A program made the position numbers and the translations under genes. Shown in pieces: positions 25,634-37,442 of a stretch of DNA of 64,000 nucleotides. The stretch covers positions 130,380 through 194,379 of the forward strand of contig NMRA01000133.1 in NCBI GenBank assembly GCA_002633005.1, read 5' to 3'. Every line of letters begins with the position of its first letter. Position 1 is the stretch's first letter. Source of the stretch: Phoronis australis (Eukaryota > Animalia > Phoronida). The notes under the pieces were generated by a model. The model ran no database searches. It was not told the origin of the DNA and saw only the letters and a list, made by a program, of their open reading frames with translations.

Positions 25634-28179
25634 CAGACTTGTATTCATTTGATGTGGCCAACAGATGGCGTGCTGACAGGTCTTAAATGTTTGCAGTAAC
25701 TGGTGAGAATGTACTGAAGTGTCCTTTGGCAGTGGTCAATTTAGTGTTTGTATAGTTGGGCAATGATGGATATGAAATTATAATTAGAATTATTGCAAAG
25801 TGCTTTCCACAATCATAAACATTTTCACAATCAACGATAGAAACCTGCATTTGGCCGATTCCCTACTAGCGTAAAGTGTACGGTAAAAATTTCCGAGTTT
25901 GGTACAGTGAAAAATTTATGATTTTGCTCAAGGTCAGAGGTTGTACTAAATTTTAGAAATAAACAATATTAACTGTCCCAAATTCAAGAATTACTTTCAA
26001 TAACAACCATCACTTATCTTAACATTACAAACTATTGAGACTCGTGAAAAGGTTGTATTACAGCTACTTGTGACGATTTTATGAACTGCCAAGTCCATTT
26101 TCAGGCTACATTTAAATAAAACTCAGCGCGCAAAATTTAAGAAATCTGCCGTCCCAATTTTCAAAATCAAGACAATTAAATTTCTACTTGATTTTCCGTG
26201 TTCCAAATTGCTCAAACTGGAGAATTTTTACTATAGTTCCATATCAAAATTGTTCATTTTTCTCTTGTTATACAGATGATTTTCACAAACATCCTTGGAA
26301 ATTTTTAAAAGCATATCACGCCAGTCGCGGGCCGCCTCAGGTTTTGCACGCCTTTGAAAATGTTGATAATTATGATTATTGGATCATCAGTATCTTAAAT
26401 CTTTGATAACTTATCAATGAGCGTGGTCAATGCTCGAAAACAGTACCATTTAACTGAAACAAATGTCTAATAGTCAAATTTTAATGTAATCATTACCTAA
26501 CCGATAGTCAACATGTTAGTGCTACGTTATCACAGAAAAATGGATTAATTGCTGTCAAATAGCCAATTCACATCTAGGATTAGCAGAAGGTATAGTCCAT
26601 AGGTGAATATTTGACACCTGGGGCGGAGTCTAATTATGTTTGACATTTTCCAGTCCACTTTTGTGCCAACTCAAGTAGGTACATTATTGCAGCTGAGTTT
26701 TTGTTTTTGTATTGTATGTTTGCCTGTTTAACAAATAATAAAAAGTTGTATATTAGTCTGTGCTCCAGTTCAATATGGTTTATGCGTATCAGTTTCTAGT
26801 CCAAGTTCGCTCTTGGTGATCTCTAGATTTGATCTTGTACTGGAGTAAAAACTCAAGATTTCGAGTAACAAATAGAGTTCATATTCGAAATTTAGCCTTA
26901 ATGCTGAGGTAATCAAGTGCAATCTAGGATTAAATACTTATCCTCATAATCTATTATGTACTCGAGCATAGAGTAATTGACATTTGCCGAGAGTTTGTAC
27001 AAAAGTAGAATAGAAAGTGCCAAAAATTGTTTTGAGTTAAAATTTGAGTGAAAAATGACACCCCATGCCTTGGTCTTTGTTGCCTACATGACGGAACCAA
27101 TACTGTCCCCCATTTAAAGAAGTTTGGGATGGCTGCACCCATTAGGGATACCAGTGGTTCAGTCATTACAGTATGCTAGTCATACTGGACCAACATTTTA
27201 AATTTTGGTTAGCATTGTAGTTCATGAGAGAAATGTGAACAAAACTGTTGCACATCAGATGACTACCAAAAGTTCCAAAAGAAAATGTATTTCTCAATCT
27301 TCACTGACAAACTTTTGGAGTAAAGTTTCAAAGAAGTGTTGCTATTTTTGCATGTATTTAAAATTCAAAAACAACAGTAACTGCATTTTAATGAAGGGTG
27401 ACCAAAAAGCAAACCCACAAAATTTGGTGTAAAATTCTATAAATTCTTATTCTTTTGGGACTTTTAATAAACTCAATGCAAACTGAGTTGCAGGCCGGGT
27501 TCAAATGTTTTATAATAATTACTCATATACCCAAGTTAAGTCAACTAAATATAAAAAATCAATGGATTCATGTAGGATTCGGTTCCCTTTAGCACCACCC
27601 TGTATGTGCAGATGAAGTGAGTGTGTTTGCAGTCACAACCGTCCTTTTAAATAAAGATTGGTAGACCATGTTAACAAGCATCAGTAAACATCAAACAGAA
27701 ATGCCTAATCTGTTTATTATATTGTTGGCACCAAAACAGCTATAACTTTTTAACCCAGTTTAAACATGCATTTGCATGCTCCTAACTGTACTAATGTATA
27801 GCAGGAAGTGAACCACTCTGCTGTTTGAACATCATCTCCGTTAAACAAAGTGCAGTTGTATTTATTGTCAAGTTGTAAATGTGAAAACAAAAAATTCTGC
27901 CAAAAGGTGGCCTTTGCATTAAGGATGTACCTTGGGGGCTCACATAGTCCGCATCATGCAGTGCTATTCTCCAACACCACATCACCATACTTACTGGACA
28001 CGGTTTAGTGATTTATGGCGGATCATTTTCGACATAAAACTCGTTCTTAAAAACATTTGGAAATTTTCAACCTACTTCATTTTCATATCATGGTTACATG
28101 TTGTTTTTCTTAATAATTTGGCCAAGTAATCACAGAGATAAGGAATTAGCGTGCGAGTTCCACTTTATAGGTTAAAGTA

Positions 28180-28506
28180 CAGTGAAATCTCACCACTTTA
28201 GGACACAGTATGGCAGACAAGTGAAATTTTTATTTTCACGTGTACTAATAAAGATGTGTAACATAAAATTAATGCTTTACCATGTTCAAACTCTGTACCA
28301 CATCTACCATGTTCAAACTCTGTACCACATCTACCATGTTCAAATTCTGTACCACATCTACCATGTTCAAACTCTGTACCACATCTACCATGTTCAAACT
28401 CTGTACCACATCTACCATGTTCAAACTCTGTACCACATCTACCGTGTTCAAACTCTGTACCACATCTACCGTGTTCAAACTCTGTACCACATCTACTGTG
28501 TTCAAC
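28180..28506 (+). mobile_element. MITE family A copy, 3'-truncated, carrying a 27-bp minisatellite
   Basis: TA|cagtgaaatctcaccactttaggacacagtatggc matches the family A end at 12687 and 24337 (reverse complement). Confidence 0.75.
28278..28506. repeat. 27-bp minisatellite (CATGTTCAAACTCTGTACCACATCTAC), ~8.4 copies
   Basis: Units start at 28281, 28308, 28335, 28362, 28389, 28416, 28443, 28470 and 28497 (partial). Near-identical, with no spacers. Confidence 0.97.
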
Positions 28507-28546
28507 TCATGTTGTACCTCTCAGTGGTATTAAGTAAGAGTTTTAA

Positions 28547-28702
28547 GGTTATCTCAAACCTTATTTAGTGGCTTCCATTCTGACTCATATATCAAAAAAC
28601 TAAGTTAAACTAGTAAAACTATATATGTTCTGAATGAAAAAGATCAGGTAATACCTATGCTTTATATTTATGTACCACTATTATTATTATTATTGATATT
28701 GC

Positions 28703-28742
<40 letters not shown>

Positions 28743-29874
28743 GTTATTATGTTAACACCTTTTTAAGTCAAACTTTCTTTTTTAAGAAAAGTACATTCAT
28801 AGCAAAACAAATCCTCAGTGGATTTTAATGAAACTCTTTTAAATAAAAACTTCACCAGTTTCCCTCAAAAATACTGTTACAAATTTTTTATTAGTCTTTG
28901 TGTTTAATTTCTATGACAAATCAACTCGCAATACAAGGTATTTTTGTAAAAAATGGCAGCCGTATTCATCTTTGTTACATTACGCAAAAACTAGACCTTT
29001 GTGTTTTTGAGATTGTTGAGAAAGAAATATTAAGTTTGGAAAGTTTCAGCAAAATATACCAAGGCGTTTTCCTAAGTTAAAATTTAAGTCGATGTGCCAA
29101 AGCTGAGAAAAGGCTGATTAAGTTGCCAAGGGGTTAAAGTCTCAAGATTTTTGGTTAATTGCACGTTAGAAACTTATTTTTGGTCAGTATGACCTAAACA
29201 TGACTTAACCATGTTCCCTATTTCAACATTCACTCGCAATGTCAATTGAATTTGCAGTGCATATTTAATTTAATTATCACAAAAACATTTAATCATCCGA
29301 GTTGATTTCCAATGCATCAAGTCCAACTAGGTCATGTGGTCAGAGCCAACATATTAAGTGGCTCAAGTTGGTGCATTGTGGTCTACTTTAAAGTAGTTCA
29401 ACAGTTCATTGTTAAACGCACCACCCTCTCGGAGACTGATATGAAACCCAAGAACGAAATGGATAACAGAAATCGAGTGGGTGGTTAAAGAGACCAAAAC
29501 AAATTAAGGAATTTGTATAGGTGGAGATTTATCTCTTTTCCCAACTTGCTGTGTTCGTGAACAAAAGTCACAGAGGTGTGAGGCGACTCGTAGCATTTGT
29601 TCTCAACGGACCAAAACTATGTTTTGTCTTCGTTTTCACCGGCATCTTTCTATCATATGTACACGTCATTGAGTCAGTGTTATGGCGACTCAGTGAATGA
29701 AAGGACTGAGGGTACATATGGAGCTGCTCTGTGTCTGGCAGGAGGTTCGGAAACTACACGGTATATATTTCATATTTGAACTTCCCCAAGAGTCAAGGTA
29801 CGTATTTTACTAAGCATATTCAAAATATCGTAAAAATGGCCAATTTTTGTGAATAGGGACGGTTTGAGATGACC
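28547..29874. mobile_element. ~1.33-kb non-autonomous TIR element with TTAA target duplication (Kolobok-like)
   Basis: TTAA|GGTTATCTCAAACC at the left end and GGTTTGAGATGACC|TTAA at the right end. The same termini occur at 3717 and 59381-59394. Contains a (TAT)n microsatellite at ~28678-28750. Confidence 0.8.
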
Positions 29875-29974
29875 TTAACTGTGGAAAAAAGGTAATCCGG
29901 TTTAATTGGTGTGACTATAACATACGAACCTCTCGCAATTCCACATTGTATAGAGAACCTAAGAATTAACTAGT

Positions 29975-31250
29975 TTTATTGACACTATTTTTCACCAAAC
30001 TCATTTAGGATAAATGTTGTGTCTAGTACTTGCTTCAACCTCCAGTGATAATCTGGCAGCATAGTGTGAAATAGATACTTGATACTGCAGGAGCTGTTAT
30101 CATACCATGCAGGATTACTAGTAATAACAAGGGAAGGACAATGTCTAGAGGTGTGTACCTTTAATCAATTGTGGATGAAGATGTAATTAGTATTATCTCA
30201 CTTCAAATAGCCACTACTCACATAACGAGCTCTTAGGGGGAGGAAATATCTCAAGTGTTCCATCATCAAAACATGCAATTTTCCTGGCCTGCCAAGGTCT
30301 GGGTTTTTTTTTTAAGGCATAGTTGATAGACATAACTGGGTCCACATGGCCGAAAACTGGAGCCATATCAATACTAAGATTTGAAACAAGTTGACCGTAC
30401 AGGCTCACATCCATGGAGGTACATGAGGGTCCAAACCCCCGTCCCGATGATCCATTTTTGAAGGAATAAATAGTGCCGGTATGTGCGTCCATTTTCTATG
30501 GCAATGATCCTGGATCTGCACTTGTCTTATCGATATCTTAACTGTTTGCTTAAATACAGATTTCAAAAAAACTCTTCAACTTACTCCCCTTCAATAATAG
30601 ACTAGCCCGTATCTCTCCTATTTGGAAGATGCTCTGTTCATTAACAGTAGCTCCTGGATCTTGTCAGAGTGGGGTAAGGATTTTTCAGTTGCATGATTTC
30701 CTAGAACACTAACCTTCTGCTGATTTATTTGTTTTGCATCTTCAGCACAATTGGTAATTGTTTATTGTTTCCGAACAATTGCCTCTGGTGATAAATCTGT
30801 GTGTTCTAAATCTTTAGGGATGTTGTATTAATTGGTATGATCTGCTGTGTATTTTTTTATAGTCAGCAGTTCAGATAACATGCATCAGTACCAGAGTTTT
30901 GTACAGTTTCTAGGTATGCAGTATCAGAATTGATTGAACTACGTACTCTGTTTTGTTTAATTTATGGAAAGGCGTTACTGGACGACCTCGGTTTGTCACT
31001 AAGTGCAAATTGAATTCGCTGTAATGTGATTATTTTTAGATAATAAGGAAAATACTTTGGGGAATTGTGCATTTTGTTATCTTTCACATGCATCCCCAGC
31101 TTGTAAATAATTATCCACTGTTTAGTAGTTACATCCACTGATACTGTCATGTTGGTGTTGGCACTTTATTTTGCATTATTTTTCTTATATCACACTGCAG
31201 GTGAATTCAAGTGGTGGCCGTATATCGGTCTTTTAAAGAAAAATTTCAGG
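29975..31250 (-). pseudogene. Degraded superfamily-3 helicase gene (parvovirus NS1 / papillomavirus E1-like), probable endogenous viral element
   Basis: Stitching minus-strand frames gives RIIAIENGRTYRHYLFLQKWIIGTGVWTLMYLHG, a broken Walker A (~30390-30425), LVSNLSIDMAPVFGHVD, RKIACFDDG (Walker B, ~30259-30285), RHCPSLVITSNPAWY (motif C, ITSN at 30114-30125), stop at 29985-29987 and AATAAA at 29975-29980. Several stops and frameshifts. The core is 29985-30720; the upstream limit is uncertain. Confidence 0.65.
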
Positions 31251-32729
31251 AGGTGATATTTATGGAAACAAATGTCTTGAACACAGTGTTTGCACTTAAT
31301 TAAGCCTATGGGTTGCTTGGTCTATGTGTTCATATACTGGGAAGGTTTTTATTGATTTTAGCCATGAGAGATGTTTTTTCTTACACATTTGGCCCAAGTA
31401 GCAGTTACTTATGCCAAATGCTCAGTCAGAAAAAATTTGATAATGCCGTTATCAGAAAATATGAAGTCTTAATAGTTGAACTGTAAGAAAAAAGCTGCGC
31501 CATCTTTAAAAAGGGATTGTCTTGCACGAGTTATTTTATTCCTTTGGCGATTTAACATTCCTAATTTTGTACTACTGTTTTGTGAGTTGAATGGAGTTCA
31601 ATGATTTCATGCGAAGCTAAATTCTGCTCAGCAAACTGCTTTATTCAAGTTTGAGTTTTCCTATTCTGACTTCCCTAATTACTGCTGTATGACTTGTGCA
31701 TTAGTTAGTGACAGACATATTGTTAGATGGCTCATGGCCCCATTTGACCCCGTTATCACATATTCCCTCATTTTGGAAATCCATAGTAATTATTTGATAC
31801 ATATGTACAAATGTTTGATTAAGAAACTTGAGCATCACAGAGTATTCAGCGAGTGGCTTCAACAAATGCTAAATGTACAAATTGCATTTCATTTAGCCGC
31901 CAAAAATTTAATAATGAATTAAATCGCTTTAACTCATAAAAATGGTTTCATATTTTTTCCTCGTGATAGGGTTTGATTTCCATTACCAATAAGAACATGA
32001 AAACCATCAGTGACTCAAGAAAATGCTTTGAGCATACTGGGGTTGGCAAAACCTAAAATTGCGATTTCAAAAATGGGCCATGTATGCAGTTGGCAACAAT
32101 TTAAGATCAAACAAGCATCATGTTTTTAATTTCCAAACTGCTTAGGTTAAGAATTCATCATTGACAGCTAAACAATGTCGAAATACACCTTTAACTGAAT
32201 GATGCGGAATTCTTTTACTCATCTGTTGGCAAATAATGGTGTTTCGAACCTTGGTTGCATGCCTTTGTACACCAACACAAGAGCTCCGCTGAAATTGATG
32301 CAAGTGGGTGGTTTTTTTAGTCTGTGAGCGCAGGTCTCAAAATGAGACAATGTGCAGGTCAGATTCAACTATGCTTTTTTGCGCTAAACCGTCTGTTGGT
32401 CTGTTAATGAACATTAATGACCATTGGAGCATGTGTTCTTTGAAACGAAATGAGGCTGTGTAGCACTTGTCCACCCTCAAAGTTTGGAACACATTTGAAA
32501 CCTGCTCACCAAATCTGCTACTACGCCAGATTGACTAAGTTGTACCAAAGGACAAACTTAATGGCCTGGGTGAATAAGGTTTTAATCTTTCAGTAAAATA
32601 CTGTACTAGTAGCACAATAAAAGGTCAGGGAACTATTTTGGGTGAAGTCAACAAAATTGACTCTTTTAAAGTTAAAAATTACAAAATTTAAACCTAGAAT
32701 TTCATAAATGTTTTCTTATTCTTCTGATG

Positions 32730-32830
32730 CGTGGTAAATGACTATACCTGACAGGTAGCAATCTGTACATGTGGATTTGTCAAAAGCCTTTGATTATGTT
32801 TTCCTAGTTTCATCTTCTTTAGAATGCCGA
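32730..32830 (+). mobile_element. Tiny CR1/L2-type reverse transcriptase fragment
   Basis: gtggatttgtcaaaagcctttgattatgtt reads VDLSKAFDYV, the non-LTR RT motif DLSKAFD (32774-32794). Confidence 0.55.
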
Positions 32831-34964
32831 AATTACTTTGTTCAAATATTTAGACACAAACATATCATATATCCGCACAACAATACATCATACTACTATG
32901 CCTGTAAATATAGATAATACTTATTTATGCTCTACAGTTGATAAATGTTGGTGGATGACCTGATCACAGGAAGCCTACACAATAAGTAGCCTGTGTCTGA
33001 AGATAGCGGTGTTGGCCTAAACTTGTTACCCTTTTGTTCAGGGTATTGTTGGTGGGCAGTGGTGTGTTCAAAGTTTGTTTTGATTAGTGGAGGATGGGCT
33101 ACATCACACCAAGTGAGGTGTTAAATTAGTATAAATAAAGGAATTGTTGAAATACTGATGCAGCTTGCCATACAGGGCAAAAATAAGCAGACAAAATCGT
33201 GTTGTGACAACTAATTCTAATAACGGCAAAAGTTACTGGTAACAACTACTCAGGAACAGGTAAAATTCTAATTACAGAATGTCTTTAACGTGTTAATTTC
33301 CCTTCTTTCTCGGTCATGAGAGAGAAGACTCGTCATGATGGGGAATTTGGAGTCATTTTGTACAACTACTTTTGACTTGCGCTGTAGGTTTTACTTAGAT
33401 CCTTTCTTGGACAGGATTACTTATTGGATTTTGTTGAAGTTACCGGATCTTAAACAACAACTCTAAGAATTGAAATGGTTAGAACAACTCCATCTGTAAC
33501 TTCTAAACCATATTATTTGCTTAGTAACAACACTTTGAAGTCTCACACTGAACAAGTAAGGTCAAGGCAAACTTGCAAATTTTTAACTGAAATTAAACAA
33601 GTTCAAGGAAGTGAAACTGTTCCTTCATGCAATCAGTGCACTTCGTTCTGTAGGAGCTGTTATGGAGGTCAATTAGGAAGACTAATTCAACATGTCAAAA
33701 ACAAGAGAAAGTGTTCCACCTCAAAATACGAACCAAAAGCATGGCTTTCAAAAATTGGGCTGCTTGTTGCTTCAAGATCCTTCTAATCAAAATGACATGA
33801 AATACACTCTCATGTGTCTGTTCTCTAATCTTCATGGGTATACTTTATGTGACTACAGCACAGTTGCTATGATTTGCTTCTGAAGGATTATGGCAGATGA
33901 CTTTCAGGCTATGCAGCATTTTGATTGGCTAATACCAGGCACTTTTACTACCAGATTTGTTACTTTCTCACTATGTTTTGTGTGTCTGCAGGCAACTGGG
34001 GAGCTTACCCAAGCCAATTATTTAGGGATGTATTTTGTGAAAAAATATGTTGACTGTAAACATGTCAGACCTGAATGTCTTGAAACTTCCTCTGACATTA
34101 AACAATGAGGAATCGCTGTTTGAACTACATGTTTAATGATGTTGATAATTCACTGAAGGTATGCTTCAAAACTGCTGTCTGTGAAATTAGATTCAGACTA
34201 GTCCTAGGTTATCTGGAGACAGAGCTGAAATGGAAAAACATGGCCTCACTACGGCAACTTGGTATTCACTTTTTGTTCCTAGTTAAAGGTGCATTTCATC
34301 TCCTGAAGATACATTCACAAATGACACCTCACTCACCCCAATCACCTGTAGACATTGCATTACAATACCTTTTGTATTTCTAATGCAATAATGCAATAAA
34401 CCCAATCTGGTAGAAATAATTATAGGAACACTACATTCTAACAAGGACATGCTCAATTAGCTTGGGCATATCTATAGGAATAGGGTTGACTTGCTGCTTG
34501 GCTGAGGCCTACCTCGCTGCTAACAGAATTCCTTCAGTGTTCTAAGAAACAGGACTGGGTAAAGCACCTCGCCTAGCCTAGTCATCATGGTGTAGCAAGA
34601 TCTGTTAACGCTATCCCCATGTCATGAGTATTTAGCTGTCAAACAACAAAAAATGAATTAAGCCACTGGTGCTCATAAAATCGGCTTCCTAATATTCTTA
34701 CTGTTGTGATAGGACAGGATTTCCATTACCAACAAGAGCAGCAAAACCATCAACAATTTAAGAAAACGCTGCAGAGTTTATTGCGGTTGTCCCATCTTAA
34801 AGTTGAGAATTCTGTGACAGTGAAAACCCCCTTTAAAGTCCTCTTTTTAGGATTTAAATAGAGTGGGAATAGAACCCTCGTCACTACTTGACAGCACTGT
34901 TGTGGTTTTTGAACTTTTGCTCAGTTTCCACAACATTTGAATGTCCTATTTATATGACATGCAT

Positions 34965-35092
34965 ATTAGGCAAATCTTACGCTAACCGGATTTGCATGGA
35001 AGTGGATGAGAAACCGTGCACTGCAAACCCAGAGTATCCAGCAAACTCCTCACCACATCAAAGGCTTGATGGCACGGTCAGGGATTGAACTG
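34965..35092 (-). mobile_element. Degenerate SINE fragment, possibly V-domain type
   Basis: B-box-like gttcaatccctgaccgtgcc on the minus strand, with an adjacent aaacccagagtatccagcaaactcc resembling the V-SINE central motif. Confidence 0.35.
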
Positions 35093-37224
35093 AGCTAGTG
35101 CTATTCATGGGCTTGGCTGAACGTGTTGGATGAGATAACACACCTGTTTAGTGAACAAATTTTAAAGTCAAAAAATGAACAATAAGTAAGGCAAACAACC
35201 AACATGACTGTATTTATGTAAATAGTATCCGTCTTTGAATTTTTAAAATCAGTGCATTATAAGAGAAATTAGCGAATGGGTTTTCTTCAGCATTGCGGCT
35301 AAGCCACGACCATTAATTTGTGAATCGATTGTGATGGGTTAATCACAGTCTGGCTTAGGCTTGCTTAGGCATTGGGGTAACAAAACCCTAAATGTTAGTG
35401 TAGGACTTGTCCGTGATGACACAGACAGCATGACTAAAAAACAAAACTAGTGAAGAAATCCTGAATCTCCTGTTTCTCAGGTTTACATGGACAGGGAAAT
35501 TCTATATCCAGATGTTCAGCTTTGTATTTTGGAATTGCTATGATTGATACTAACAAATATTTATTGGCTGTTTAAAACACGTTCTGAATTTTTTTAAGTG
35601 ATGACAATCAGTGTTAGTTCTATCACTATGCAGCTCTTTGGTTGAATATCGTTATCTCTTCCTGGTTTTATCAAATAGTGTTATATATGTTTTTTGACAG
35701 TTCATTTATTAATTGCGAAATAGTCATTGGGAAAAATAAGGCCAGCAGAAGAGTCTCTCCAAGCTGGGAAGTGATGGAAGGTGCTGGTAAGGGCATTGTC
35801 ACTTATCACAAAATACAACATGTGAATCCACATCATTACAAGTGGCCAACCTGTTGGGTTATGGTATTCAGCAAAACAAGTTTATGTATTATCTATGCCT
35901 GAATTAATTGAGTCTTCCCAGGCCAATCCACATAACTGGATTTAAAGCTGTTCTGGGCTATTTTTCAATTTTAAATGCCATTTAATTGATTATTAGGAAA
36001 TGTATAATGCCCTCAAAGAAGTCACTCAATGCCCCCAATCCATTAGCCATAAGTACTCTTGTGAACCACTTAACCATATAGTCTCCAGTGGATAGATGTG
36101 TGTTGACTGAAGCATTTGAATTTCAACAAGCTGCCCCTGGGTTGGGATTACTTGAAATTAACCTATAAACAAGATAATCACAGGCTGCACCATGGGGTTG
36201 TGAATGGCCCACATTCAGGGGCACAGATAATCCTTCTCAATATCACAAGCTTGGCTGGGTAGTCTCAAAGTCAAGGCACAAAGAGACTATGGGCTCAAAG
36301 ATTCAACTTAAGTTTTGCAGGATTGAAGCATGATTATGGATGTCAAATAGACCAGTGTATGTACCAAGTGACCTCCATAAGTGTCATTTATTGGATGATT
36401 GGTGAGCATTGCTGGACATTGTAACTATATATTGAAGCCTCACAGCTTGGCTTGTGCAATATGCAGGTGGGTCAAGGGGCTTGATTTAAATTTTTGGCAG
36501 ATTTTGAAAGTAATCCTGGTGGATGACTGGCTTCATGTGGTGGCCATATGTTACTTTCACAGTGCACCAGGATGGGAGGGATGGGACTGTTCTGTCCACT
36601 TTTCTGTCAGGGAACAGCGGCACTTTGTATTGCATTTTAATCAACTAACCTTAGTTACACATGTTACTCAAGAATTAATATTTTGTTGAGTGTGGTGTGG
36701 GTTGAAAGTTTAGTTTTCTTGTGTTTTAGGTATAAAAATGGGAATACCTTTGTTTTGCATTTTGCTCACGAGTGACAAAATTATACATAACAGCTACATG
36801 CTCACGTTTTTGTTTTATTGCTTTTGAAAGTTTTCATTTACTTAATTAAAATCTCTTTCTGACAAAAAATCATTAAATGTTAATGAAAGTCTACAATTGA
36901 AACCTTCTGTTTCCTTCTTAACTTCTCTCGGAAGTTATTAAGCATGTTAAACCATTTAAAAAACAGGGTTTCCACCATTTCCATTCAGCAGCAGATTTGT
37001 ATTATGTTTCTTATCACTGCCTGTCACTAATAAGATTAGGCTGGTATGAAAAAGTTTTGAAACTGTTCTCAGAAAAGAAACTTACAGAAGGTCAAATAAG
37101 GGTTGTAGCTCAGAACTATACATAAATAATTCAGTTATAGTGTTTTATCCGTTTTTGCTAGCAAATTAGTAACGGTAATTAACTGAAATACTAAAGATGA
37201 TTCTTCAAATTTGAAATTGTGGTA

Positions 37225-37442
37225 GGGTGAGATGTCACCAATTTAGGACATAGACAAAATTTTGTTTCCTTATTTCTTCATAAATGAAATGGAGCATCAA
37301 GTGAATGCTACTGTATTATGTCTACCATCAGGCTGAGTGAGTATTTTAGAAAATTTGTGAACTTTCACAACACTGTAACATCTCCTTGAAAATAACAAGA
37401 GAGCAATTCTCTCCCACAATTGGTGAGATTTTTATTTTATGG
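37225..37442 (+). mobile_element. MITE family A copy
   Basis: TA|gggtgagatgtcaccaatttaggaca at the left end and acaattggtgagattttt near the right end. Confidence 0.65.

Noticed and set aside
28182-28568. Overlapping repetitive ORFs on both strands (HIYHVQTLY, MFKLCTTST, MVDVVQSLN repeats) and a CRISPR-like look
   Set aside because: They arise from a stop-free 27-bp minisatellite. There are no unique spacers and no cas genes, and the context is eukaryotic.
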